Part shown: one piece after another, positions 63,406-64,000 of the stretch
Position numbering within the stretch: position 1 is the stretch's first letter
Layout of the letters: each line of letters starts with the position of its first letter
Position numbers and translations under genes: made by a program
Notes under the pieces: model-generated
Database searches by the model: none
The model's input: only the letters and a program-made list of their open reading frames with translations
Told to the model about the DNA's origin: nothing
Source: Scenedesmus sp. PABB004
Lineage: Eukaryota
Assembly (NCBI GenBank): GCA_014905635.1
Contig: JABVCE010000005.1
Coordinates: 1,302,001 to 1,366,000 of the forward strand
Reading direction: 5' to 3'
DNA: 64,000 bases

Positions 63406-63727
63406 CCCCCCCTCTGCCGCCGCCGCCGCCCCGCCGGCGCACCTGCCAGGAAGTCTGTCGCGAGCTGCGCACGGCGCAGCAGCGACGTGAGGCCCATGAG
63501 CGTCGCCGCGCGGTAGTCGCGCGGCGCGTCGGCACGCAGCCCCGACACGAGGAAGGGCAGCAGCAGGCCCAGCAGGCCCTCGCCCACGGACGGCGCGGTC
63601 GCAAAGAGCTCGGAGAGCAGCACGCCATAGAAGCTGAGGTAGGTCTTGGACACAAACCCCGGCTCCCCGAGCGCCTGCGCGCCGCGGCACACCTCGCGCA
63701 GCACGGCCTGCGGCGGCGCGCGCGCCA

Positions 63728-63761
<34 letters not shown>

Positions 63762-64000
63762 GTCAGCGGCTGCCGGCCACCGGCTGCCGGCCGCCGGCTC
63801 GGCGGCGCGGGCGCGCGCGGCGCCGCACCTCGTCGTTCGCGCAGCGCAGCACGAGCAGCTCGCGCGGCGGCGGCGCGCCGCTCGTCTGCGCCGGCTCCAG
63901 CCACGCCCAGGGCGTGCCCTTGAGCTGCAGCAGCGCCACGAGGCGCGCAAACTCGGGCGTCGCGTGGTAGGGCAGCGCGCAGAGCAGCAGGTCGCCGACG
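54358..64000 (-). CDS. UTP10: U3 snoRNA-associated protein 10 / HEATR1 (5' part outside window)
   Basis: ALPYHATPEFARLV, DYRAATLM, BP28CT-like LVMKLSESRFKPLFLRLLDWA, C-terminal EEYLMLLPEALPYVAELLEE...LEALSGEKLDQYL. Confidence 0.92.
56949..57045 (-). ncRNA. Intronic box C/D snoRNA, double guide to LSU rRNA (snoR22-like)
   Basis: Box C GTGATGT (57040-34), D' CTGA (57014-11), D CTGA (56956-53); guides antisense to UGUGUAACAA and GAAAUCCGCUAA. Confidence 0.85.
57375..57466 (-). ncRNA. Intronic box C/D snoRNA guiding SSU and LSU sites (snR72-like D' guide)
   Basis: C GGGATGA, D' CCGA, C' GTGACGA, D CTGA, GGCGGCC/GGCCGCC stem; guides antisense to ACUGACGUGCAA (LSU) and AACCGUAGUAAUUCU (SSU). Confidence 0.85.
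57866..57967 (-). ncRNA. Intronic box C/D snoRNA U15-like, copy a
   Basis: C GTGATGA, D' CCGA, C' GTGAGGA, D CTGA; guides antisense to LSU CUCGUCAUCU and CAAAUGCCUCG. Confidence 0.88.
58114..58219 (-). ncRNA. Intronic box C/D snoRNA U15-like, copy b
   Basis: Same boxes and guides as copy a with a different internal spacer. Confidence 0.88.
58649..58733 (-). ncRNA. Intronic box C/D snoRNA candidate with degenerate boxes
   Basis: GGGAGCC/GGCTCCC stem, C-like GGGATTA, D' CTGA, C'-like GTGACTGA, D-like ATGA; D' guide antisense to AACUGUGAAAGCAU. Confidence 0.65.
62662..62740 (-). ncRNA. Intronic H/ACA-like hairpin snoRNA candidate
   Basis: TGCTG/CAGCA lower stem, pocket ATTCC + TTACC, ACA 14 nt downstream of the pocket top. 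Confidence 0.5.
63214..63310 (-). ncRNA. Intronic box C/D snoRNA candidate
   Basis: 13-bp perfect terminal stem, C GTGACGA (63296-90), D CTGA (63230-27); D guide antisense to GAAUACAAACUG. Confidence 0.75.

Overview
Very GC-rich, intron-dense eukaryotic nuclear DNA. Gene content, GTGCG/GC splice donors and CTGAC-type branch points suggest a chlorophyte green alga, probably Sphaeropleales-like (inference). Most long ORFs in the supplied track are shadow frames caused by high GC. About 20 genes can be reconstructed by hand: EDC4/VCS, NUP35, eIF4B-like, a class V alanine-glyoxylate/serine-pyruvate aminotransferase, PFK, LIMR, Tubby-like, HIRIP3-like, a class I/II aminotransferase, an O-fucosyltransferase-family GT, a very long non-canonical nucleotidyltransferase, two J-domain proteins, FAD5/ADS desaturase, TMEM70-like, a fasciclin protein, a LEA-like protein and UTP10/HEATR1. 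The strongest hidden structure is non-coding. Six consecutive introns of UTP10 carry snoRNA genes on the host strand: six box C/D candidates with rRNA-antisense guides, including a tandem U15-like pair, and one H/ACA-like hairpin. Other notable items are a pre-miRNA-like 35-bp hairpin after the DNAJC9-like stop, an aminotransferase with a signal peptide and C-terminal KTEL, a fasciclin ending in an amidation-type F-GRR, and many GC-AG introns. Exon boundaries and rRNA targets were read by eye and from remembered consensus sequences, not computed.
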